Notes under the pieces: generated by a model
What the model was told of the DNA's origin: nothing
Databases searched by the model: none
What the model saw: only the letters and a program-made list of their open reading frames with translations
Part shown: positions 1 to 9,933 of the stretch, piece after piece
Layout: each line of letters opens with the position of its first letter
How positions within the stretch are numbered: the first letter of the stretch is position 1
Made by a program: the position numbers and the translations under genes
Assembly (NCBI GenBank): GCA_963722385.1
Contig: CAVRKK010000001.1
Span: forward strand, 160,001-224,000
DNA length: 64,000 nt
Reading direction: 5' to 3'
Source: an uncultured bacterium
Lineage (GTDB): Bacteria > Babelota > Babeliae > Babelales > Babelaceae

Positions 1-829
1 CATGCAAAAATTCTTGATTTAAGAGGGATTGGGCAATCGAGAAATAGCCCTCGTATTCCTTATGCGTCGAACCTTGTACGACGGCATAAAATAACGCTTG
101 ATCTAGATAGGTTCTCCAGAGATCAGGATTCTCCCTAATACTTTCTTTGCGTCGATCAGAAAGCAAATGAAAAACATCATCATGCCCATTAAGCGCTGCA
201 CGAACAAGCGATTCGCCATAAGCCTGCGCTCCTTCAAAATCATTGACCTGTATGCTATCAAAAAGGGGTATAAGTTCTTCAACAATGGGGAGAACTCCTT
301 GAGCACTGGCAAGCTGGAGAGCTTTCAGAATAAGCTGTTGATCTTCCTTGCTCAAATCAGGCCTTTCGCTTAAATCCTTTAGAAGTGAGATTGCATTCTC
401 TATCTCTTTAAGAGCTATCGCTTGTAGCAACGGTTCACTAAAAACTATTTTAATACCAGCTCTCGTTGCTGGCTTACGATTAACAGTAGCGCCATGCTCT
501 ACAAACCACCGAATGAGAAGGGGCTGCTGACTCGAAAGTTCTACGAAGCTATTAAAAAATAATACATTAACCCAATAACCATGATCAATGCCTAATTGCA
601 GTAAATGTATGGCCATATCACTATTAATTTGATTACTAAAAGCCGGGGTAAGGATACTCAACATAAAATCGTCAGTATCTAGTGGATTAAATATATGGGC
701 ACGATGCCGCTTTAAACTGTCAAGCATAGCCAAATTTTTCTTATAAGCAATGTTTTCCTGCATAGGATGAAGACATACTGCAATCATAGATAAAAGTAGA
801 GGCAGTAATCCATTTTTTAAGCCTATCAT
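1..829 (-). CDS. Secreted ankyrin-family protein, runs off window start; paralog of 1332-2798 and 10456-12009
   Basis: Hand translation from ATG 829 gives MIGLKNGLLPLLLSMIAVCLHPMQE...RWFVEHGA...LQLASAQG...AALNGH...ALFYAVVQG, open to base 1. Absent from the ORF track because it has no stop in the window. Confidence 0.8.
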   Translation of the reverse strand, partial: MIGLKNGLLPLLLSMIAVCLHPMQENIAYKKNLAMLDSLKRHRAHIFNPLDTDDFMLSILTPAFSNQINSDMAIHLLQLGIDHGYWVNVLFFNSFVELSSQQPLLIRWFVEHGATVNRKPATRAGIKIVFSEPLLQAIALKEIENAISLLKDLSERPDLSKEDQQLILKALQLASAQGVLPIVEELIPLFDSIQVNDFEGAQAYGESLVRAALNGHDDVFHLLSDRRKESIRENPDLWRTYLDQALFYAVVQGSTHKEYEGYFSIAQSLLNQEFLH

Positions 830-994
830 ACATTTTTCCTCATATTACGTTAAAAAACCCTCTAGTATACATTTTAAGCTCCATCTTTATGGTGTAGGAA
901 ATCTGTTGGCCCCTCCCTCGAGTTGTCCGTGCTCCTTTAAGTGAAGCTAAGGAGTACAAAGGCAAGTGATGCTATAGAGCAATGAGCTTTGTAA

Positions 995-1108
995 TTAATG
1001 CCTGGCTTGCTGGGTTACGATATTAAACACATCAGGACCAAATCGAGCACCATTAATTGTCGAATCTTTAAAATTTGCTCCTTTTATGTTGGCGCCTCTG
1101 AAATACTG
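995..1108 (-). pseudogene. Pentapeptide-repeat protein remnant
   Basis: Reads QYFRGANIKGANFKDSTINGARFGPD, bounded by stops, no start codon. Confidence 0.45.
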
Positions 1109-1331
1109 AATTAATTAATTTTTAAACTAACATTAATTTCATTGAGGCTGCAAGGGTTTTAATAAAATTAAATTAAAATGCAATGCATCAATATAAAGCC
1201 AAACAATCAAAGTGATAGTGGACCGATTAAGTGCATTTTGTAATCAATCGATCCACTAACGCCTTGGATGGCTGTATTCCAAAATACTGATTTTTGATTA
1301 ATGATTGCTTAAATTGTTTATTTGCCGCTTT

Positions 1332-2798
1332 CTATAGCAGAATATTTAATTCATTGCTCGTTAAATGAAGGTTGTGCAAAGCATTAACCGGAACATTATG
1401 AGGGTTTAGATGGTGCTGTACAGACCTTGCTATGCGCTCATTTTGCTCGTGTTCATATTTATGCATTGTATTGTACAATTCTCTTGCTGCCGAAAGCGAA
1501 TTCTCTTCAAGTAAATTATTACGGATGAGGAAGTCAAGCCGTTTAATAGTTTTTAGAAGAGGTATATTAAGTTTAGAAAAATAATTTTTCCTCAGAAGAA
1601 AATCAACAATGGCAAAATACTGATCTCTCAGATCCCCAACTCGTGCTCCTTGAATGGTAGCATAAAAGAGTGCTCGCTCAAGGTAGCTACATAGGCTAAG
1701 ACTGTTGGGGGAATATCGATAAAGAGTTCTTACAACATTTTCGTGGCCATTCAGTGCGGCGCACTCAAGTGCTACACCAATTATTTCGGGCTTCAGATTG
1801 ATTTCAGCACGCATAAGAATTTCGTCGACAATTTGAAGAACGCCCTGGGCACTTGCAAGCGTTAAAGCGCTCTCAACAAGCAGGTAATCTTTTTCTATTA
1901 ACGCCTTCTTGAGTCCCTTTTTGGCAGCCTCAATGTCTTTGTGAGCAATATCTTTAAGCAATTGCTCCGAGAAGATTGCAGGCAAATCTTGGGTTCGGGT
2001 AATAGTTAATCCCCTTTCTATTAACCAGCGTGTTATTTCTGGACTATGAGGGGTGTCGAGCAAGCCTTCCGTCCTGCCTTCCCATAGCGGGATTCTTCGA
2101 TTAAGATTGTAGCCATAACTGAGAGCTTCTTGAAGCAAAAGAAGTCCGCTTTCGTGTTTTCCCGTTTTAGAAAATAAAAGGCATTGGTTTATAATGGAAT
2201 CAAGCTTTTCTAAATTAGGATATTGTTTAATAAGCCATTTAATGAGCTTTTGGTTGCCTGAGTGGAGGATAAAAAGCACCAGATCTGCGCGTTGATTATC
2301 AAAAGTTGCACCACGCTTTATCAGAAATTTAACAAAATCAAAGTTGCCTCTATATGTTGCGTAACCAATTAAGTTAGTGACTAATGTTTTTTCACTATCA
2401 ACCCTTAGGCGAATCTGCCCGTTTGCGTTTGCTCCATGCTCAATAAGCCAGTTTGCTACCTCAGCATTGCCTGATTCAAAAGCCAAGATTATAGCCGCAG
2501 GCGCAGCGCTACTGGCAGCAGGACAAAATGTACTCTCTTCGAAGAGTAACTTAATAAGATTAAGGTCGCCTCTAAGTGCTAGATATTCTATTAAGGAAAG
2601 GTGAACTTCGTTGCCGTTAACCTTAACCTGCACTTTAACATTAATATGAGCACCTTGACCAAGTGCTAATTTAAAGGCATTGCAATCGCGGGATTCTGCG
2701 GCATCTAATAAATTTTGAGTAGCCTCGAATTCTTGCATGGGATAAAGTTCTTGCACAGAGGAAAAAAGGCATACGGCGATTAATATTTTATTAAGCAT
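1332..2798 (-). CDS. Secreted ankyrin-repeat protein
   Basis: Signal peptide ending LYP-MQE; ankyrin-like units WLIEHGANAN, FLIKRGA, AALNGHENVV. Confidence 0.85.
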   Translation of the reverse strand: MLNKILIAVCLFSSVQELYPMQEFEATQNLLDAAESRDCNAFKLALGQGAHINVKVQVKVNGNEVHLSLIEYLALRGDLNLIKLLFEESTFCPAASSAAPAAIILAFESGNAEVANWLIEHGANANGQIRLRVDSEKTLVTNLIGYATYRGNFDFVKFLIKRGATFDNQRADLVLFILHSGNQKLIKWLIKQYPNLEKLDSIINQCLLFSKTGKHESGLLLLQEALSYGYNLNRRIPLWEGRTEGLLDTPHSPEITRWLIERGLTITRTQDLPAIFSEQLLKDIAHKDIEAAKKGLKKALIEKDYLLVESALTLASAQGVLQIVDEILMRAEINLKPEIIGVALECAALNGHENVVRTLYRYSPNSLSLCSYLERALFYATIQGARVGDLRDQYFAIVDFLLRKNYFSKLNIPLLKTIKRLDFLIRNNLLEENSLSAARELYNTMHKYEHEQNERIARSVQHHLNPHNVPVNALHNLHLTSNELNILL

Positions 2799-2831
2799 AA
2801 ATCTACCTTTCTTGAGATTTCTTCAAAAAAT

Positions 2832-2879
2832 ATAAGATACGATGTAATATTCTCAAAAAAATATTACATCGTATCTTAT
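2832..2879. repeat. Perfect 20-bp inverted repeat, 8-nt loop (terminator or operator)
   Basis: ataagatacgatgtaatatt / aatattacatcgtatcttat, between two minus-strand genes. Confidence 0.75.
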
Positions 2880-2993
2880 TATGACTCAAGCATATATGAC
2901 TAATGGATTTATGTTGTACCTTTACCAAAAAGTCCAAAAAGGGATCTGACGCTTAGCCAACTGCGGCGGCTCTAGTGATTCTGGGAACTTTAG

Positions 2994-4101
2994 TCAATTA
3001 GTTTTAGGGATAGTAGGCAGAGGTGACTTTATCCGTAAAAGATGCCCTAGTACCAAAGCTACAATCTCCCCAGGTAGTTGATGCATGTGTTGAGCGGCTT
3101 GTAATCGCGGAAGTTGATCTAAGCTTTGTCGTATATTATTGAGAAGAGCTTTATCATCTTCTGTTGTAGTTGCGTAAAGAAGTATGGTAATTAACTCACG
3201 AATTCTCTGTATATTAAGTTCGGAACACGTCCATATATAAAAGCTTGCTCAAGAATGAAGTCTACGATTTCTTCGCTTCTTCCTATCGCTGCCCAGTAGA
3301 GCGTATTCGCAAGCTGTTCTTGATTAATCCCAGGCAGATTTATTGCTCTTTTATAAAGTTCCTCAACCATAAAGAGATTATTGCAAGCAGCTGCAACTTC
3401 TAAGGCATCCTTTATAATCTCAGGTGTTATCAGGTAGCCTAAAACATTAAAAATAGCAATGACAGCGTCATTACGCCCCAAGGCTATCATGGTAAAAGTT
3501 GCTTGCCATATTTCTTGAGCATTTGAGCTCATCCACAATATAGTATGTACAATCTCGTTAGTATCCTCAGTTCTTAATAATCGAGCTAAGATGGGTTGTT
3601 TCACCTCTACGAGACTTAAGAAAAGGCTATTATGTTTTTCATTAACTTGAGCTCCATGCTGAATAAGCCATGCTAATCCGTTACCCGAACCATAACATGC
3701 TGCATAAAGCAATGATGTCTCTCTTCTTTATCATCACGAGCATTGATCTGTGACCCATGCACAATAAGCCACTTTAATGCATTTACTTGACCATAAGCTG
3801 CTGCAACATGTATCGGCTCAGCACCATCATCATCACGAGCATTAATTTGAGCTCCATGCGCAAGCAACCATTCTAATACCCCAATGTGGCTATTACGTGC
3901 TGCATAATGTATTGGCATATTGCCATATTTATCACGAGCCTTAGGACTCTCTTCCTCTTCCTCTTTGGTAAATAGCTTGCTTTTTTTTACGAAAGACCGC
4001 TCTTGCCCTTCTGTCCGGTACTTTCTTTTACTATGGTTTATACCTAATACTTCTATAACCATAGACGTTGATAAAAGCACCAATAATATCTTTCGCATCA
4101 T
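2994..4101 (-). pseudogene. Secreted ankyrin protein broken by two frameshifts; C-terminal F-box-like motif
   Basis: ORF 3673-4101 (canonical ankyrins GNMPIHYAA, GAEPIHVAA), ORF 3191-3712, and a third frame ending HQLPGEIVALVLGHLLRIKSPLPTIPKTN* at 2994. Confidence 0.75.
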
Positions 4102-4468
4102 TCTCTATCGCCGCCTTTATTTAAGCTATATCATCCTTGAATTATATTATCAATTTAACTTCCTAATTGTCAATAAGGCATTGAGCGCGCGTCTTTTATT
4201 CTTGCCAAGGTAATCTTGCTTTTAAGCTGATCACTTTTCTCTCTATCGCGCCTTAAAGGACTTTAGCGCAAAAGAGCTCATTTTTTTCATCGAGGCATAC
4301 CAAAAAATTTCTTGCAAAATGATTAGGAAATTGCAAAAATAAGACAGTTGGTGAGTATGGACCTCTTTAAGGATCTAAGTTGCGTCAGCGGCTATCGTTA
4401 TAAGCTAAACATGTTCATTAATAAAAAAGTTTACTTCCGTGAATTGTTTAATTTAAAAAGGAGAGAGA

Positions 4469-5662
4469 ATGAACAATAAAATAGCAATTCTACTACTTAT
4501 GTGCTTCAGTCCAAAGATTTATGGTTCGTGTTCAGTCGTGTCTCAAGTATCCTACCCATTGCCTCCTAATTCTCTCTATACTCATTCCGTAGCCTTTTCA
4601 CCTGATGGGAATTATTTGGCTACGGTTAACCGTAGCTCAAATGACGTAACTATATTTAGCGTAACCGCTCAAGGAGCCTTAATTAATGGTACAACATATC
4701 CCCTTCCGGCTGGCTCAACAAGTCCTACTAGAGGGGCATTTTCAGCAAATGGCCTCTATCTTATTACTGCAAATACTGGCTCAAATGACGTAACCCTCTT
4801 TAAATTTGCTAAAGGCGTGCTAACTTCTGGTACCTCTTATAAATTGCCAGGAAGTTCTTCATTTCCCAGTGGTGCGGTATTCTCACCAGATGATTCATAT
4901 GTCGCTACTTCAAATCAAGGATCAGGAGATATAACAATATTTGCCGTAACAGCCGGCACGCTTAGCAATGGGATATCATACCCATCACCTGCTGGAGCTT
5001 CCGATCAGCAGCAGTTTATTAATTTTTCCCCAGATGGAGCATTTCTTGCTGTACCTAATAGAATTTCGAATAATATATCGGTCTTTAATTTTCACTCTAA
5101 TGGAACACTAAGCGCAGGAAAAGTATACCCCCTGCCTGCAGGAGCAACAACTACCTCTTCTTTGGCGTTTTCATCTGATGGTTCCCATTTGGCTGCTACC
5201 GCTTTCGGGTCAAATCAGGTTGTTCTATTTACCGTAACTAATGGTGTTCTTAGTGAAGGTATAGCATATTCCTTGCCTACTTCACCTTTTGCATCGCAGG
5301 GAACCCAAGATGTTGTTTTTTCTCCAAATGGTGCATGCCTTGCTACTAGTGATTTTCTAACAGATGACATAACATTATTTGATATGTCGAATGGCGCTCC
5401 GATAGATAATGGCACTTCCTATTTATTGCCAATTCAAGATACAGAACCCTACTGGATAACAATTTCGCCTAATGGGTTATATCTAGCCACTGCTAATGGA
5501 AACAACGGTGGTAATGGTACAGTGACTATTTTTACTTTGACGGGAAGCTCGGGATCAACTACATCCGCCTCAACAACAGCATCGACTTCATCCTCTACTA
5601 ATGACGTAGCAAAAGCAGAGTCGATTATGGGTTATTTATTTGCGCTGCTTAATATATTTTAA
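4469..5662 (+). CDS. Secreted 7-bladed beta-propeller (lactonase/WD40-like) with S/T-rich linker and hydrophobic tail
   Basis: Signal peptide; seven ~48-aa repeats of type SVAFSPDGxYLATxNxxSNDVTIF. Confidence 0.85.
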   Translation: MNNKIAILLLMCFSPKIYGSCSVVSQVSYPLPPNSLYTHSVAFSPDGNYLATVNRSSNDVTIFSVTAQGALINGTTYPLPAGSTSPTRGAFSANGLYLITANTGSNDVTLFKFAKGVLTSGTSYKLPGSSSFPSGAVFSPDDSYVATSNQGSGDITIFAVTAGTLSNGISYPSPAGASDQQQFINFSPDGAFLAVPNRISNNISVFNFHSNGTLSAGKVYPLPAGATTTSSLAFSSDGSHLAATAFGSNQVVLFTVTNGVLSEGIAYSLPTSPFASQGTQDVVFSPNGACLATSDFLTDDITLFDMSNGAPIDNGTSYLLPIQDTEPYWITISPNGLYLATANGNNGGNGTVTIFTLTGSSGSTTSASTTASTSSSTNDVAKAESIMGYLFALLNIF

Positions 5663-5699
5663 GCAAAACTCAGATAGCTTTAGCAAAAAACACATCACG

Positions 5700-5738
5700 A
5701 TATGCATCGGCGACTAAATTCACCGATGCATATTTTTT
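5700..5738 (+). terminator. Intrinsic terminator
   Basis: atatgcatcgg...ccgatgcatat followed by a T run, downstream of the stop at 5662. Confidence 0.65.
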
Positions 5739-6029
5739 CACTTTGTTATTTTTTATAACGGAAATCGTGGATAGATTATAAGAAATAAGTTATATGATCA
5801 AGAAAATAAATATAACCTTTAGCGCACATTAATACATATCCGCTCTACGTCGTTGCGGGAGCTCTATCAAGTTTTACGCAACGGATTCAAAAATCACTAT
5901 TAGTTATGTGTTGTTTGTTGCTTGAGGGGGAAATTATATAAATAAAAATTTTTCCATCAAGTATCCTTTAATTGCTCAATAAGCACTATTTTCCTAAAAA
6001 TACTACCTAAATTTATTTAGCTTGTCAAT

Positions 6030-6275
6030 AATAATCCGTTTTAAGGAAGCCAGATTTTTGGGTTTGCTATAGGTCTTACTATTCCTGCTCTTGCAGCCAT
6101 TGGGGCAACGACATCAGGTGGCTTATTTAATCCAGCAATAGTAATTGGCGCTGTCTTATTTAGCATTGTCAAAGGTCTACCTATTATATGAATACACACC
6201 TTGATGTATGTTGCTGGCGCTTTCCTAGGAGCATTTTTGGCAGTACTCGCATTTAGATACTTTAGAAATGATTAG
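6030..6275 (+). pseudogene. Aquaporin/MIP channel, C-terminal half, with two in-frame stops
   Basis: Hand translation: F*GSQIFGFAIGLTIPALAAIGATTSGGLFNPAIVIG...II*IHTLMYVAGAFLGAFLAVLAFRYFRND*; second NPA box in SGGxxNPA context. Confidence 0.8.
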
Positions 6276-6428
6276 CTATAATTGATCTCAAGCAACTCTC
6301 ATTAAGGCTTTTTATGCTCCCTAAATTGCTTTGCTGTTTTAGCACCATGCTTTTGCAAGATATCGATAAGACTATCGGCAACCTTAAAACACCAAAACTT
6401 AACAGAAAAACAGGCTTAAGAAAGCGTA

Positions 6429-6476
6429 GTGTGCTATTTTTAAAATTAGAAACGGAATCGCACACTAAACTCGAGG
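6429..6476 (+). repeat. 48-bp direct repeat, copy 1, with internal dyad gtgtgc...gcacac
   Basis: gtgtgctatttttaaaattagaaacggaatcgcacactaaactcgagg, similar to 7597-7644. Confidence 0.8.
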
Positions 6477-6489
6477 TCAATCTTGAGGC

Positions 6490-7428
6490 TCATGTAAAAC
6501 AAGATACATAATGAGCAATGAGTTCTGGTGGCAATTGCCATAAAAACCGAAATAAGGTACCTACGGCAGAATGAGGATTATTATGGGGATTTTCCGGTAG
6601 GCCCCATTGAAGGCAGCGGGCATTTATAAGCTGCTGCCGAATTAAAGAAAAAGCAAGTGCTTGCTCTTTACCATAATCATCAGGATTATCGAGCGCAGTT
6701 GCAGTTTGTATAAGGGGCAGTGGTACGTTGTCCAGTTCTTGCTAATAGTAGCTCCAGCGCATACCCATTAATAAAAGCTTGATCAAGAATTTCTTGCAAT
6801 ACTTCTTTACTCTGTTGCAAAGCAGCCCAATATAAGGCATTTTCAAGCATAGACAAAAAAAGTGCTTGTTTGATCTGGCCATTATGGTGCCTTTCCGTTG
6901 CTAAGGTAAAAAGTCGTACAAAAGCTCGACGATTATTAGTCGCTCCCGCTACCTCGAAAGCTGCTCGCAAGAAAGAAGTGTCTACTAAGACAATCTTATT
7001 TTCGTGATCAAGAATTGACGAGACGAGATCATTGTGCTTAAGAGCAATCAGCAAGAGCATCCCTCGTTTAAACTTTTCTTTTGCTTTTTTAGTTAAGCGC
7101 CATGTTTTACGAGTGTTATAACGAGAGCAAGATTGCCACTTATTACCGCCCAATGTATAGGCTGTGGTCCACTTTCATCATAAAGGTTAGCGGGCACTCC
7201 ATGAGCAAGCATGTGTTCGACAAGCTCTTGATTATTCGATATTACTGGATTTATCAAGGATTCGCATTTCTTTTTGTTGTCCTCGACAGATTGCTCAGGT
7301 TTTTTAGAGTTATTTTTAGTTAATAGACCTATCGTAATACAAAGAGCGCCTTCAAGCGTACTAAACGGTTGCTCCATAGGATAAAGTGGTATAGCTATAA
7401 TTAAAATAAAGAAAGCTATCATTCTCAT
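6490..7428 (-). pseudogene. Secreted ankyrin protein broken by two frameshifts; C-terminal F-box-like motif
   Basis: ORF 7093-7428 (signal LYP-MEQ, GPQPIHWAV), ORF 6686-7153 (paralogous to 3191-3712: ALYWAA...ILDQAFING), and a third frame ending FLWQLPPELIAHYVSCFT* at 6490. Confidence 0.75.
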
Positions 7429-7596
7429 AAAAATATTCCATTCTTAATATAACTTAAATATCAGTGATAATAGCACTTTTGTGAAAATGTTTACAATTTA
7501 CAAGAAAAGTATAAATATACTCGATGAAGAGCGGAATTTCTATTAATGGATCTATTTCTTGGTAAACCTTGCAATAAGGTTTATATTTTACGAAGG

Positions 7597-7644
7597 GTGT
7601 GCTATTTTTAAAATTAGAGATGAAATCGCACACTATATTCGAGG
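7597..7644 (+). repeat. 48-bp direct repeat, copy 2, forming the leader of the AAA ATPase gene
   Basis: gtgtgctatttttaaaattagagatgaaatcgcacactatattcgagg; ends in the RBS 6 nt before ATG 7651. Confidence 0.8.
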
Positions 7645-7650
7645 GGAAAG

Positions 7651-8835
7651 ATGTTTATAAGGGATATAAAAAAGGAGCTCAAGGAATATGCCCAATTTCC
7701 CGTGGTCGCGCTTTTGGGCCCACGCCAATCGGGGAAAACGACGTTGGTTAGGGATACCTTTAAGAAGCATATATATCTGAATTTTGAACATGAGCCTACT
7801 CGAGCATATGCGGAACAAGATCCTGAAGGGTTTTTGCAGCTCTATAATAACAACCATGGTATTATTATAGATGAATTTCAATATGTCCCTCAGATAACCT
7901 CTTATATTCAATTAGCCGTCGATCAGTTTAAAAGACCTGGCTACTTTGTACTTACCGGCTCTCAGAACTTTTTGGCCAATAAAGCAATAATACAATCCCT
8001 TGCAGGACGCATCGGAATTCTCGTTTTGATGCCTTTATCACTCCATGAACTTCAAAAAAACAAGTTGCTCGCGGCCAATTTTGATATGGCTATCTTTGAG
8101 GGTGGATACCCACGAGTCTATGATCAGGGTTTTGAGCCAAGCAAATTCTATCCCTCATATATACAAACATATATTGAGCGTGATGTGAGGCATTTAGATA
8201 AAGTTGGCGACTTAAAGGTATTTCAACGGTTTATCCAGCTTTGTGCCGGACGAACCGGCCAACTTCTTAATATTGATGGCATTGCCAACGAATGTGGAAT
8301 CTCATTCCATACAGCACGATCTTGGTTATCCATTCTTGAGGCAAGCTATATTATATTTCTCTTGGAGCCTTATTATAGAAATTTTAATAAGCGGTTAACC
8401 AAATCACCAAAGCTTTACTTTTTGGATACTGGGCTTGCATGTTCGCTATTACGGATAACAACGGTTGATATTCTAACCTCACACCCTTTGAGAGGGCAGT
8501 TATTCGAATCTCTTATCATAAGCGATCTTTATAAGCAATATTGCAACATCGGAACGCGCCCATCTCTGTATTTCTGGCGCGATCAAAATGGACGACACGA
8601 GCTTGATTGTATTATCGAAGAAGGAACCAGTACGTATCCTATAGAAATCAAGTCAAGTATGACGGTAGTGCCTGATTTTTATAAAGGCCTAACCTACTGG
8701 AATGAGCTAACAACTACAGAACCTTCGCATGGGTATATCATCTATGGCGGCAGCGTTAATCAACGGCGTAGGCAAGGGGCTATTATTGGTTGGCAATCTG
8801 CGAATAATCTTATTAAAACATTGATAAAAGGATAA
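7651..8835 (+). CDS. AAA_14 + DUF4143 ATPase (COG1373-type)
   Basis: Walker A GPRQSGKT, Walker B IIIDEFQ, LTGSQ, SLAGR, KSPKLYFLDTGL, C-terminal ELD...PIEIK. Confidence 0.92.
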   Translation: MFIRDIKKELKEYAQFPVVALLGPRQSGKTTLVRDTFKKHIYLNFEHEPTRAYAEQDPEGFLQLYNNNHGIIIDEFQYVPQITSYIQLAVDQFKRPGYFVLTGSQNFLANKAIIQSLAGRIGILVLMPLSLHELQKNKLLAANFDMAIFEGGYPRVYDQGFEPSKFYPSYIQTYIERDVRHLDKVGDLKVFQRFIQLCAGRTGQLLNIDGIANECGISFHTARSWLSILEASYIIFLLEPYYRNFNKRLTKSPKLYFLDTGLACSLLRITTVDILTSHPLRGQLFESLIISDLYKQYCNIGTRPSLYFWRDQNGRHELDCIIEEGTSTYPIEIKSSMTVVPDFYKGLTYWNELTTTEPSHGYIIYGGSVNQRRRQGAIIGWQSANNLIKTLIKG

Positions 8836-9074
8836 AAAATCACCCTTTCTCCTATTATAAAAGCATAGCGGGGAGATAGGTTTCCGCATTTTGCTTTTTT
8901 GGATAAAAGTCATGCAAAGCAAAAAACAGATGAGTAAAATCAACCTAGATTGACGCTCTCCATGGATAAAATAGTGCCGAGCACCATGCAGGGGACTCTT
9001 TTTTCATCGAACAGCCAGCGCCGCCTCTCCACAAGACTTAAGGACGGACAGTCCGGCCGCCCTTCAACCTGTTA

Positions 9075-9458
9075 TTACTTTAGACTGAGAAATAATTTTC
9101 CATTTTTTTCTGATGCGACCAGACTTATTCCTTCAATGCAAGCAACAGAACCTAGATCAGCTTGTTCGGCTTTTTTCCCATCTTTTGTTGAGATCGCGAC
9201 GGAACTTAGACAGCAATCACTGCTTGGTATCTCGCTTGTTTGTCCAGGTCCAACTTCGCCTTCTTCAACGCTTCGACCTATAGGACATATCCATGGCGCG
9301 CGGGCCCCCGTCGTCGTTAAACCCCATGAATACTTTATGGTGTAATTAAGACTGGTGTTCAATTTGTTTTGTATTTTTACTGAGCCTTCGTCTGCCGATA
9401 CGGACTGTGTAATAAGGGTCAATAAGCTCAAGCAAAGTGATAACGTTATTTTCTTCAT
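9075..9458 (-). CDS. Small secreted Cys-containing hypothetical protein
   Basis: Signal peptide ending VSA-DE; RBS aaggaaga. Confidence 0.75.
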   Translation of the reverse strand: MKKITLSLCLSLLTLITQSVSADEGSVKIQNKLNTSLNYTIKYSWGLTTTGARAPWICPIGRSVEEGEVGPGQTSEIPSSDCCLSSVAISTKDGKKAEQADLGSVACIEGISLVASEKNGKLFLSLK

Positions 9459-9933
9459 ATGCTCTTCCTTTTTTGCTAAGTAGATTTATCATTGCTTTTT
9501 TATTATATAATATATTTAATCATATTTGCAATACTTGATAAAAAATTATTTGCTCATGATCTGCATGATAACATACAGCCTTCTTTCATGCTTTTAATCA
9601 CGTTCCCAGAATCATCGGAGAAAACAATTATATTCCCCAAAGGGCTTCGTTCAGGTTCGCTCATATTAGAGTCTACAAGTTGATGGATAATTCCTTGCCG
9701 GCGTGACCGAGGCAGTATTGTGGCTTATTTTCAATAAAGAAGCGGAGGTTCCCCTTTACGATTAAAAACGTTCTAAAACGTAGGACCCTGCTAGCGTATA
9801 GCTTGGGCAATCAGGTGAAACAGAGATCCCGAATACGAGGCACCATATAAACTCAGTTATATCACAAATTTTTGTTGGCTAGATAGGCTCTCCCTCTCTG
9901 CATAAGCATTATTTATTTACATTTCGTATTTTA

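Noticed and set aside
7651..8835. AAA-DUF4143 gene as part of a defence system
   Set aside because: It stands alone with no partner nuclease, methylase or toxin nearby; the family is widespread.
9530..9900. Possible ncRNA or gene in the intergenic stretch
   Set aside because: No convincing stems or recognisable protein motif; probably a decayed gene, but I cannot support a call.
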